Positions 17,844 to 25,469 of a DNA stretch of 25,469 nucleotides are shown here, piece by piece. The notes beneath the pieces are model-generated. The model was not told the origin of the DNA, made no database searches, and saw nothing but the letters and a program-made list of their open reading frames with translations. Numbering within the stretch: the first letter of the stretch is position 1; the number at the start of each line of letters is the position of its first letter. Source of the stretch: an uncultured Bacteriovoracaceae bacterium (lineage in GTDB: Bacteria; Bdellovibrionota; Bacteriovoracia; Bacteriovoracales; Bacteriovoracaceae); NCBI GenBank assembly GCA_964012805.1, contig CAXGUD010000049.1:1-25469 (forward strand), in the 5' to 3' direction. Made by a program: the position numbers and the translations under genes.

Positions 17844-18287
17844 ATGACAAGAAAATTAATTGTTTTTCCTGCTTTTTACGCATTTTGCCTTCTATTTGTT
17901 GGCGTGACTGGGGCCTTTGGTGAAACAATTGGCACCGTTTCTACGAAAGGCGTTCTTTTTAAAGATAAGTTGAATGTAGAGGCTTTTGATGACCCTACAA
18001 TAGGAGGTGTAACTTGTTATACAACTGTCCATAAGAGGGCCTTAAGCTTCACAGATAGCTCTAGTTCTAGCCTGGCATGCCGTCAAACGGGAAAAATAAT
18101 GGGAAATCTTGCCAGTCAAAAGAACGTTTTTTCTCAATCAAAGAGTTTATTTTTTAAAAAAACGGTTGTTGATAGGTTTTATGATTCAACTCGAAACGTC
18201 TTAGTTTACTTGACCTACACCAAAGGGGTAAGCAAAAGAAATACCTCTCATTCTCTTTCTACTGTTGTCATCAGGCCCTGGAACTAG
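17844..18287 (+). CDS. creA: CreA family protein
   Basis: IGTVST, VEAFDDP..GVTCY, LACRQTG, FFKK..V.RFYD..RNVLVYLTY. Signal peptide. Confidence 0.88.
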   Translation: MTRKLIVFPAFYAFCLLFVGVTGAFGETIGTVSTKGVLFKDKLNVEAFDDPTIGGVTCYTTVHKRALSFTDSSSSSLACRQTGKIMGNLASQKNVFSQSKSLFFKKTVVDRFYDSTRNVLVYLTYTKGVSKRNTSHSLSTVVIRPWN

Positions 18288-18371
18288 TCGCCAAGAGCCT
18301 TCTTTTTGTTTATGATTAATTCTTAGTTCGTTCGCCTCTTAAAATGCTGAGGCGAAAGCTAAGGAGGGATC

Positions 18372-19439
18372 ATGGATCAGGATCAAAATTTAAATAGGGC
18401 CAATATCTTCTTTTGGTTGGCCTTTTTTTTTCTTCTTTTCCTAAATTGGGTTATTTTCCAACCTATTTTGGGGCCCCTTGTTTTTGGAGCCATTTTAGCA
18501 GGGTCTTTTTATCCGGTTTTTGAAAAAATTCAAGGGAAAGGCAAGATTGGGATAAATAGTGCTGCTACTCTTACCTGTTTAATTATTCTTGTTCTTGTCT
18601 TTTTCCCTCTGGCTTATTTAGTTATCCAGTTATCTAGTGAGTCCCTAAAGCTTTATCAGTCAGTCGCAGAAGGACTTTCTGAGAAAGACGTTAAAGACTT
18701 TCTTTTTGGAGACGGTGTTTTTAGTGAACTGATTAAAAAAACTTTAAAACCTTTTGGTATTGATTTTGGGCCTGAGTTTTTGAAGGCCAAAATTCTTCCT
18801 TATTTTAAGTCCTTATCGACTTGGATGTTGTCCGTGTTTAATTCATGGGTTTCAAATTTTCTTTCATTTTGTTTCGATTTTGTGATCATGTTACTCGTAA
18901 TTTTTGGTCTTTTTTCGGAAGGAAAGTCCCTTAAAAGCTTTGCTTTTAAGTTGTCACCATTGCCTGATTCTTGGGAACAATTGATTGTCGATAAGTTTAA
19001 CCAGATGAACTATGTTACTCTTGTCTGCAATGGAATTGGTGGTGTCCTTCAAGGTGGCCTTGCGACTATTGGGTTTGCTTTCTCTGGAATCGGATCTTTA
19101 AGCCTATGGTTTACAATGATGAGTCTTCTTGCATTTGTTCCTCTTGTGGGAATAAGTCTAGTCTATATTCCTGCTTGTCTTTATTTTTTTGTTGTTGGGA
19201 AGGTGTGGACCTCGATTCTTCTTTTTATCTATTGTACTGTGGTTTCTTTGGTCGTTGAGAAGGGTTTTAAGCCAAGCTTTATTGGTCAAAGGGTTGGGAT
19301 TAGCTCCTTGCTTGTTCTCTTTTACATCATTGGTGGTATGAGTGTTTTTGGTATGGCGGGAATTTTTTATGGTCCACTTATATGCACCATTTTTTTAACA
19401 GCGGTTGGTATCTATCACGATAAGTATGAAAGTTCTTAA
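18372..19439 (+). CDS. AI-2E family transporter
   Basis: AAGGAGG RBS, multi-TM architecture, FVPLVG and IGG..VFG..GIFYGP motifs. Confidence 0.88.
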   Translation: MDQDQNLNRANIFFWLAFFFLLFLNWVIFQPILGPLVFGAILAGSFYPVFEKIQGKGKIGINSAATLTCLIILVLVFFPLAYLVIQLSSESLKLYQSVAEGLSEKDVKDFLFGDGVFSELIKKTLKPFGIDFGPEFLKAKILPYFKSLSTWMLSVFNSWVSNFLSFCFDFVIMLLVIFGLFSEGKSLKSFAFKLSPLPDSWEQLIVDKFNQMNYVTLVCNGIGGVLQGGLATIGFAFSGIGSLSLWFTMMSLLAFVPLVGISLVYIPACLYFFVVGKVWTSILLFIYCTVVSLVVEKGFKPSFIGQRVGISSLLVLFYIIGGMSVFGMAGIFYGPLICTIFLTAVGIYHDKYESS

Positions 19440-19449
19440 TAAGATTCAT

Positions 19450-19503
19450 AAGCGTGGAACAAATAGAACAAAAGTCGTTGTAGAACAAAAGCGTGGAACA
19501 AAT
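19450..19503. repeat. Nested short direct repeats in a convergent intergenic region
   Basis: AAGCGTGGAACAAAT at 19450 and 19489; TAGAACAAAAG at 19464 and 19481. Confidence 0.85.
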
Positions 19504-19520
19504 TGAGGCTTTAGCTTCTT

Positions 19521-19970
19521 TTAGTATTTTCTTAAAGTGAGTGAGAGAGGTCTTTCAGTGTTCCTCCAGTGAGGAATTATGAGAAGGCCTTTAAACTTGT
19601 CCTTGGAATTAACATTCAGGCGAACGAAAACGGTGTAAACAGGCCCTAGCAATCTGTCGGCCTTACTTTCTTTAACTTTTAACCTGATAACGGAAGGAAT
19701 CTTTATTCCCTTAATATTTTGGTGCGAGACAAGTTTGTCCTTCCCCCTAATAAGTTTGTAAAGTTTTATTGAAAGCTCTTGGTCTGGTTCTTGAATAAGG
19801 AATTTAGAAATTTCTTGGTCTATTTCTAATGAAAGAGGCAGGACTTTTCTTTTAAAACTTTTTTTGATGGCCAAGGGTTCTGGAGGGGTACTGCAAGAAT
19901 TAAAAAAAAGAAATAAGCTTACAAAAAGTAAATGGTGAGGTGAGAGAAAGTCTTTTCTTGTTCGCTTCAT
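19521..19970 (-). CDS. Putative lipoprotein
   Basis: Basic N-terminus, hydrophobic core, and lipobox-like FNSC followed by STPP. Confidence 0.65.
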   Translation of the reverse strand: MKRTRKDFLSPHHLLFVSLFLFFNSCSTPPEPLAIKKSFKRKVLPLSLEIDQEISKFLIQEPDQELSIKLYKLIRGKDKLVSHQNIKGIKIPSVIRLKVKESKADRLLGPVYTVFVRLNVNSKDKFKGLLIIPHWRNTERPLSLTLRKY

Positions 19971-20001
19971 TATTCTAGTTTATCAACCTTAAACCCTTGG
20001 C

Positions 20002-20028
20002 TCAATTAGAATCTTAAAGAACCGATAA
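20002..20028 (+). promoter_or_regulatory. Putative sigma-28 (FliA) promoter
   Basis: TCAA-N15-ACCGATAA versus the consensus TAAA-N15-GCCGATAA, 39 nt upstream of the ATG at 20068. Confidence 0.6.
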
Positions 20029-20067
20029 AGGAATTTTTAAAAACATTATTCAAATGAGATACGCTTT

Positions 20068-20724
20068 ATGTTTGCAACTTCTTTCAATGTTTTTCGTAAA
20101 ATATATATTTTAGTTTCAATATTGTTTTCTTTTCAATTTTTTTCATACCAAAACTCATGCTTTGCTTTGACCAATTTTCAAGTTGAAACGCTTAAAGGAG
20201 AGAGCTCATATAATCAAAGGGTGTTGAAAAAAGGGGATAAGCTGAAAAAAAGTGGACTTTTGAAAGTTTCGAAAAAAAGTTTTTTGGGCATTCTTTTGCC
20301 TGATTGGAACGCACGTATTGTTTTAGCTCCCGGAAGTCAACTTGAAATAAACTTTGGGTCTGAAAAGGAGAAAAAGCTTCTTTTAAAAAAAGGAGCTTTA
20401 AGGTGGACCAGTCTTAAAGAAGGAAAACCTGAAGATTTGAAGGAAAAAACGAGAAGAGGGTTTCTATTCACTCAAAAGGCCAAGATTGTCATTCGGGGAA
20501 CAGATTTTATAATCCAGCAAGGGGTTGCTTTTAATGAAACTGAGCTTGTTGTATTGGATGGCAAAGTTTTGTTTCAGTCCCTCAGTGATGAGGAAGACTA
20601 TGTTGTTTTGAAATCACCCTTTTGGGTAGGAATAGGAGGAAGGTTTACTTCAAAAATAGGGAAACCGATTGAACTGAATAAGAAAATAAAATCTTTTTAC
20701 GGGTTAATATTACATGTTCAATGA
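20068..20724 (+). CDS. Exported FecR-domain protein
   Basis: Signal peptide. LAPGSQL, IVIRGTDF and VLDGKV match the FecR-domain pattern. Confidence 0.75.
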   Translation: MFATSFNVFRKIYILVSILFSFQFFSYQNSCFALTNFQVETLKGESSYNQRVLKKGDKLKKSGLLKVSKKSFLGILLPDWNARIVLAPGSQLEINFGSEKEKKLLLKKGALRWTSLKEGKPEDLKEKTRRGFLFTQKAKIVIRGTDFIIQQGVAFNETELVVLDGKVLFQSLSDEEDYVVLKSPFWVGIGGRFTSKIGKPIELNKKIKSFYGLILHVQ

Positions 20725-20908
20725 CATAAAAGCTTGTCATAAGAATTAGAATCAGCAGAGAAGTACAATCTTTCAAAATTAAGTTATGGTCTGTATGTGC
20801 TTGAAATTATGATCTTAACTTTCCCTTAGGTTTTCAATTTTGAGAAATCTCATGGTGTTTAAAATATATAAATTAAGATTTCTCAGTAGGGACAAAAAAG
20901 GATTTGTC

Positions 20909-21520
20909 ATGAAAAAATCTGAAAAAACGAGGCTGCGGATTTTAGAAGCGACTCAAGAGCTTATTAAAGAGAAGGGCTTTGAAAGCGCTTCTGTAAGGGA
21001 AATAGCCAAAAGAGCTTCGGTTAATGTGGCATCTATCAATTACTATTTTTCAAAAAAAGAAAACCTTATGGGTGAAATTCTTATTCTTCTCTCTGAGGAA
21101 CTTTTTAATAGCTTAAAGGAAAATATAGAAAGTCATGGTGATCAACTCAATATTGAGAGTTTAGGTCTTAAAATTTATGATGTTCTCAAGGAAAATGAAG
21201 GCCTCCACTCTAATTTTAAGAAGATGCTTTTCGATTCGGGGATTATGAGTACAAAGCGTGTTAAAGAAAAAGCTGAGAATGGAAGTTTAACCCCTGGGCA
21301 TACATTTATCCTCGATTTTTTAAAAGAAAAAGAATCAGACATTGAATATGAGAGAATCTCACTTCACCTCTGGGGGCTGATTGATCAAGCCCTTTATCTG
21401 GCGCACGGAGCCTATGGCGAGGTAAACGGGCCTCTTGGGCATGGGCATATTTATGTCAGGGATAGCCTACTTAAGTCGATTCAGGATTTTGAAAAGTCAT
21501 TTGCGAAAGACCCCCATTAA
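20909..21520 (+). CDS. TetR/AcrR family transcriptional regulator
   Basis: HTH signature TRLRILEA..KGFESASVREIAKRASVNVASINYYFSKKENL. ATG at 20909 after AAGGA. Confidence 0.92.
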   Translation: MKKSEKTRLRILEATQELIKEKGFESASVREIAKRASVNVASINYYFSKKENLMGEILILLSEELFNSLKENIESHGDQLNIESLGLKIYDVLKENEGLHSNFKKMLFDSGIMSTKRVKEKAENGSLTPGHTFILDFLKEKESDIEYERISLHLWGLIDQALYLAHGAYGEVNGPLGHGHIYVRDSLLKSIQDFEKSFAKDPH

Positions 21521-21528
21521 AAGGGGTC
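21505..21528 (-). terminator. Putative terminator of the dap operon, overlapping the tetR stop
   Basis: GACCCC-N8-GGGGTC, followed on the minus strand by TTT. Confidence 0.5.
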
Positions 21529-21556
21529 GATCCTCTGTTTTTTAGTTTAAAGCTTT

Positions 21557-22300
21557 TTACCTTAATAAAGACTCTAGCTCTAAAGAGGCGTCACTTTTTT
21601 CATCCCTATATTTAATAATAAGGGCACAATTTAAGGCAAGGCCTTGTTCTTTTGCCCAAGGGTTTTTTGAATTAATTGGTCTGGAGCCAGGTACAACCAC
21701 AGCATTTGCTGGAATAGGCGCCCCTTTTTCCAATAACCTTTCATTGATGCAATCATAAATAGGAACGCCTTTAGACAATGAAACTCCTGGGGCGATGACA
21801 GCACGGGGTCCAATTTGAATACCTTCAACGATAACTGACCCAGCACCAATAAAGGCATCATCTTCTATTATGACGGGAGTGAGTCCAATCGGCTCTAAAA
21901 CACCACCAATTTGAACTCCTGCAGAGAGGTGGACTCTTTTTCCAATTTGTGCACAGGATCCTACAAGAGCATGGCTATCAACCATCGTACCCTCATCAAC
22001 ATAAGCGCCAATGTTTATATATGAAGGAGGCATTATGATGACTCCAGAAGCAACATAAGCTCCAGACCTAACTGAACTTCCACCAGGCACTAGTCGAATA
22101 TTTCTTTGAGGAGTAAAAGATTGCGGCATTAAGTTGTGCTTATCCACAAAGCCACTTTCCTCAACCAAGTGACCTGCTTTGAAGGCCTCTAAAATCATTT
22201 CTTTTACAGCAGTGTTTGCAACCCATTTACCTTCAACCTTTTCTGCAGATCTTAGTTCACCAGTTTCTAATTTCTCAATGACAGTTTTCCAATTATTCAT
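21557..22300 (-). CDS. dapD: Tetrahydrodipicolinate N-succinyltransferase
   Basis: RLVPG..VRSGAY, MPPSYINIGAYVDEGTMVD, VGSCAQIG, HLSAGVQIGGVLEP and hexapeptide repeats. Confidence 0.95.
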   Translation of the reverse strand: MNNWKTVIEKLETGELRSAEKVEGKWVANTAVKEMILEAFKAGHLVEESGFVDKHNLMPQSFTPQRNIRLVPGGSSVRSGAYVASGVIIMPPSYINIGAYVDEGTMVDSHALVGSCAQIGKRVHLSAGVQIGGVLEPIGLTPVIIEDDAFIGAGSVIVEGIQIGPRAVIAPGVSLSKGVPIYDCINERLLEKGAPIPANAVVVPGSRPINSKNPWAKEQGLALNCALIIKYRDEKSDASLELESLLR

Positions 22301-22321
22301 AGCAATTATTCCTTTTATTGT

Positions 22322-23221
22322 TTAGCAGGATTCTTGAAGCCACCTTTCAACGAGTTTATTGGCTTCTTTGAGTTCATCTATACTTTTTAGGTCTTCGTGA
22401 TGGAGAGGTAATTTACAATGAGCTGACTCAATAATAGAAACCTCTTTAAGTAGTCTTTTGACTGGGACCGGGTTACTGGCCGTAAAAAGTGAGTCAGAAG
22501 CTTTTTTCCAAAGAGAGGCTTCTTCTTTTGTCAGTCTATTTTCGAGGCATTTTCTTACGTAGTGACCAGTCGCGAGAGGCCAACTGTTAGAGGCCACAGA
22601 AATAAGACCTTCAGCACCCTCTCTGGCAAAAGCAGGCATCATAGCATCGTCACCGCTGTAAATTTTTATATGTGGAACTGTACTCTTATACTTTTTAAAT
22701 TCTTCAACCGATCCACTTGCTTCCTTAATTCCCCAAAATAGAGGATGGTCCTTAAGCTTTTTAAGAGCATTAAATGAGAGAGGTGTCCCTGCTCTTGATG
22801 GGACATTGTAGAGTACGCTCGGTTTTGTAGAAGCGTCTAACAATGCTTTAAACCAATGGTATTGGCCTAAGTCTCCGGGTTTTGCGTATAGAGGGGTCAC
22901 CATCAGGTAGGCATCTATGGGATACTCCTCTAAAGTCTTTAACCACTGAAGAGTGGTAGGCAGGTGGATACCAGGAACTCCACACATAATAGGTATATTG
23001 AGGCCCTGGTTAAAGCAAAAGTCTAATATACCCCTCTTCTCTTCTTCATTAAGGTTTAAGGCCTCGCCTGTACTACCCAGAATAAGGACCCCATGTGAGG
23101 CTTTTTCTTGCTCTTTAAGAAGTTTCAAAAGCGAGTCATAATCGACTTCCCCTGACTGTTTGAGTGGAGTAACCATAGCGGTCCAGATAATCGTTTTGTC
23201 TAAGCTAGGCTTTATTTTCAT
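22322..23221 (-). CDS. dapA: 4-hydroxy-tetrahydrodipicolinate synthase
   Basis: TAMVTP, GSTGE, YNVPSR, GIKEASG, SGDD and NPVPVK. Confidence 0.95.
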   Translation of the reverse strand: MKIKPSLDKTIIWTAMVTPLKQSGEVDYDSLLKLLKEQEKASHGVLILGSTGEALNLNEEEKRGILDFCFNQGLNIPIMCGVPGIHLPTTLQWLKTLEEYPIDAYLMVTPLYAKPGDLGQYHWFKALLDASTKPSVLYNVPSRAGTPLSFNALKKLKDHPLFWGIKEASGSVEEFKKYKSTVPHIKIYSGDDAMMPAFAREGAEGLISVASNSWPLATGHYVRKCLENRLTKEEASLWKKASDSLFTASNPVPVKRLLKEVSIIESAHCKLPLHHEDLKSIDELKEANKLVERWLQESC

Positions 23222-23931
23222 TTAAACAACTCCTTTTTTGCAATTTCGGAAAAAGGTAAGAGGCCTGAGGGCCAGCTACCCTTAAGGATCCTTTTTGAAG
23301 CCCAGAGTGCCCCGTGGGCAAACACTTTTCTATCGAGGGCCTCATGCCTTAGAGAAATATTTTCAAATTCTGTCTTTAAAGAGAGCTCATGGGTACCTAC
23401 AACATCCCCAACTCTTTCAGAAGTTATCGAGGCCTTTTTTGAAAGCCAATCCTGCCAACTCAGTGCTGTACCACTGGGAGAGTCAAGCTTTTTGGTATGG
23501 TGAATATCGTGGATTGAAAAATTTGGTTCTCGATCAAATAATTGATTTGCTTTACCCATAATTTCAATCACCTCTTTAACGAGGTTCATACCAAGCGCAA
23601 AATTTGATCCATAAACCCATGTCAAGTTTTTCCTTTTTAGGCTTTCTCCAAGGCCTGAGGGCCAGCTAAAGCCTGTACTACCTGTCACAACAGGCTTTTC
23701 TACTTCAATTAAAAGGGGGATAAGCTCTTTAAAGGGTTCTCCTGGTAAAAAGGAGAGGATTACATCTTTACTCTTCAAATCCTCGAAAGTAGGGGGCTTT
23801 TGACGGTGAAAGGTTGTCAACTCTATTGAAAAACCGGCTTCTTTTCTCGACTCATTTTCTTGATTAACAAGGTCGATAACTTTTGACCCGGTTTTTCCTC
23901 GACCTAAAAGGGCCAATTTCAGTTTCGCCAT
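23218..23931 (-). CDS. dapB: 4-hydroxy-tetrahydrodipicolinate reductase
   Basis: GSTG, SNFALG, HH..KLDSPSGTA, VVGTHE and HEALDRKVFAHGAL. ATGA overlap with dapA. Confidence 0.93.
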   Translation of the reverse strand: MAKLKLALLGRGKTGSKVIDLVNQENESRKEAGFSIELTTFHRQKPPTFEDLKSKDVILSFLPGEPFKELIPLLIEVEKPVVTGSTGFSWPSGLGESLKRKNLTWVYGSNFALGMNLVKEVIEIMGKANQLFDREPNFSIHDIHHTKKLDSPSGTALSWQDWLSKKASITSERVGDVVGTHELSLKTEFENISLRHEALDRKVFAHGALWASKRILKGSWPSGLLPFSEIAKKELFK

Positions 23932-23959
23932 GGCTGTTTCTCCCTGAAATTAAAGCGCT

Positions 23960-23988
23960 AATGTAGTACGGATCATTTGAAAAGGCAA
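23960..23988 (-). promoter_or_regulatory. Putative sigma-70 promoter of the dap operon
   Basis: TTGCCT-N17-TACATT ending 28 nt upstream of the dapB ATG. Confidence 0.6.
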
Positions 23989-24021
23989 AAAGCTAGTACG
24001 AATGATCAGGGATGAAAAGCT

Positions 24022-24070
24022 ATAAAAAACAAGCTTTTGGGTAGCAAAGGGGGGGGCCACCCAAAAGCTT
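24022..24070 (-). terminator. Orphan intrinsic terminator
   Basis: Minus strand AAGCTTTTGGGTGGC-CCCCCCCTTT-GCTACCCAAAAGCTT-GTTTTTT. A 15-bp stem with one G-U pair that works only on the minus strand. Confidence 0.75.
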
Positions 24071-24208
24071 AATTACCCAAAGAAAAATAAGATAATTTTG
24101 CTTTGTGTAACCAACCAAGTCGGTTAAAAAAAAGAAAACCGTAGGCTTTTTTGAAAAAAAAAGAAAAACTTAATAAGATGAGTAAACCTTTTTAATGGAG
24201 TGTAAAAA

Positions 24209-25189
24209 GTGGGCCTATGCTTTGACAGCATCATGGATGAAATTGCCAAAAGACCAAAGGACTCCAAGCTTTACTTAAAAATGGGGAAGCACTTACTTTT
24301 TCGTGGCCATTTTAGTGAGTCTTTAGGGTTTTTGAAAAAAGCCGGTAAACTTGGTGACGAATCCTTTGACTTGGATTTTATTTTAGGCAAGGTTTATCTT
24401 TTTTTAAGCTGCTCAGAAAAATCAATCTATCACTTTAAAAAGGCGCTTGATAAAATTCCGAATCATAAGGAGGTCCAATATATAATTGATACTCTAATTG
24501 AAGAGAGGCATTTTAAAATTGAATCCTTGAGCGTTTCAACTGTAAAGGAGCTTTTTGATAGTTATGCCGATCATTTTGAGAACCACCTTTTAAATAAACT
24601 TCACTATAAGACACCAAAAAAGCTTGTAAAGTTCTTTTTGGAAAAAGTGGAAAAGAAAGAGGGGCCTCTTTCGGTACTTGATTTAGGTTGCGGAACCGGA
24701 CTATTTGCTAGTGAGCTAGAGAGAGAGTTAAAAAATTGCTTATTGGTTGGAGTTGACCTTTCTATAAAGATGCTAAAAGAAGCAGAAAAAAAAGACCTCT
24801 ATCTTAAACTCTATGAAGATGACCTCTTTAATTATTTAGAAAAAGAAGAAAAGCAAAATACAATTTTTGATTTAGTCGTTGCTTGTGACACTGTTCCCTA
24901 TTTAGGAAACTTGGAAGGTTTTTTTAAGAAAAGTTGCGGGGTCATCGGGTCGGAAAGTTTTTTGCTTTTTTCTTTTGAGGTTTTAGAGGGTCTTGAAAAA
25001 GATTGGCTTTTTAGCTCTAATGGTCGTTTTAAACATAGTTTTGATTACGTGTTGTCTTTGGCAAAAAAAAATAACCTTAGAGGAGAGCTTCGGTTTGAAA
25101 CTCTAAGAGAAGAAAAAGGGGAAAGAGTCAAAGGATGTTTTTTTTTGGGAAGATCTATTAAAATGAATGAGATGGCAAAGTCTTCTTAA
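24209..25189 (+). CDS. TPR-containing class I SAM-dependent methyltransferase (COG4976-like)
   Basis: N-terminal TPR-like helices, LFDSYADHFE..L...L.Y..P, LDLGCGTG, GVDLS..ML and GRFKHS..Y. Confidence 0.88.
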   Translation: MGLCFDSIMDEIAKRPKDSKLYLKMGKHLLFRGHFSESLGFLKKAGKLGDESFDLDFILGKVYLFLSCSEKSIYHFKKALDKIPNHKEVQYIIDTLIEERHFKIESLSVSTVKELFDSYADHFENHLLNKLHYKTPKKLVKFFLEKVEKKEGPLSVLDLGCGTGLFASELERELKNCLLVGVDLSIKMLKEAEKKDLYLKLYEDDLFNYLEKEEKQNTIFDLVVACDTVPYLGNLEGFFKKSCGVIGSESFLLFSFEVLEGLEKDWLFSSNGRFKHSFDYVLSLAKKNNLRGELRFETLREEKGERVKGCFFLGRSIKMNEMAKSS

Positions 25190-25231
25190 AATGGGTTTTA
25201 TTTAAGGCAAAAAGAGAAAAAGAAGGAGCTT

Positions 25232-25469
25232 ATGACTCGTAAAACTTTTAATGATGATCAAAGGGCATTTTTAGTCCATCTATTAACTCACCAGGAAATT
25301 AAAGATTTCTTTTTTGGAAAACTTGACCTTGAAGAGGTTTTAGATGAAGAGGCCATTCACGAGCTCCATGCTTTAGGTATCCCATCTAAAGATCAGGAGG
25401 CCTTTATCAAGTTATGGAATAAATTAAAGTCTCTGAATGGAATAAGTGATGACCTGAACTGGTTGAGGT
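25232..25469 (+). CDS. Hypothetical protein, 3' truncated by the window edge
   Basis: AAGGAG RBS before the ATG at 25232. Reads MTRKTFNDDQRAFLVHLLTHQEIKDFFFG... and is open to the edge. Confidence 0.7.
   Translation, partial: MTRKTFNDDQRAFLVHLLTHQEIKDFFFGKLDLEEVLDEEAIHELHALGIPSKDQEAFIKLWNKLKSLNGISDDLNWLR

Noticed and set aside
20721..20740. ATGACA-N8-TGTCAT as a TetR operator
   Set aside because: Only 6-bp arms, overlapping the upstream stop and about 170 nt from the tetR start; insufficient support.
21631..23561. ORFs 21631..21861, 22953..23141 and 23295..23561
   Set aside because: They are shadow frames inside the dap genes.
23932..24208. Lysine riboswitch or Lys-rich leader peptide for the dap operon
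   Set aside because: No L-box conserved elements and no suitable minus-strand leader ORF were found.

Overview
AT-rich bacterial chromosomal segment with no rRNA, tRNA, CRISPR or mobile element detected. Gene content suggests a predatory Bdellovibrionota (Bacteriovoracia/Halobacteriovorax-like) host; this is an inference. Recognisable genes are a class Ia ribonucleotide reductase (nrdB-nrdA), a dapB-dapA-dapD operon, creA, an AI-2E transporter, a PQQ-dependent sugar dehydrogenase, a TetR regulator, an Omp85-like outer membrane protein, a secreted EEP hydrolase and a TPR-methyltransferase. The most interesting elements are: (1) a translationally coupled HExxH metallopeptidase plus non-canonical Ddl-like ATP-grasp ligase, a candidate peptide ligation/cleavage system; (2) a secreted glycine-triplet protein; (3) an orphan 7TM-DISM/HPt/CheA-like kinase; (4) an orphan minus-strand terminator with a C-rich loop between divergent genes, a candidate sRNA; (5) LacI/PurR-type palindromes and an NrdR-like box in the nrdBA leader; and (6) small proteins missing from the ORF track, including a KKKVA-repeat histone H1-like N-terminus at the left edge.
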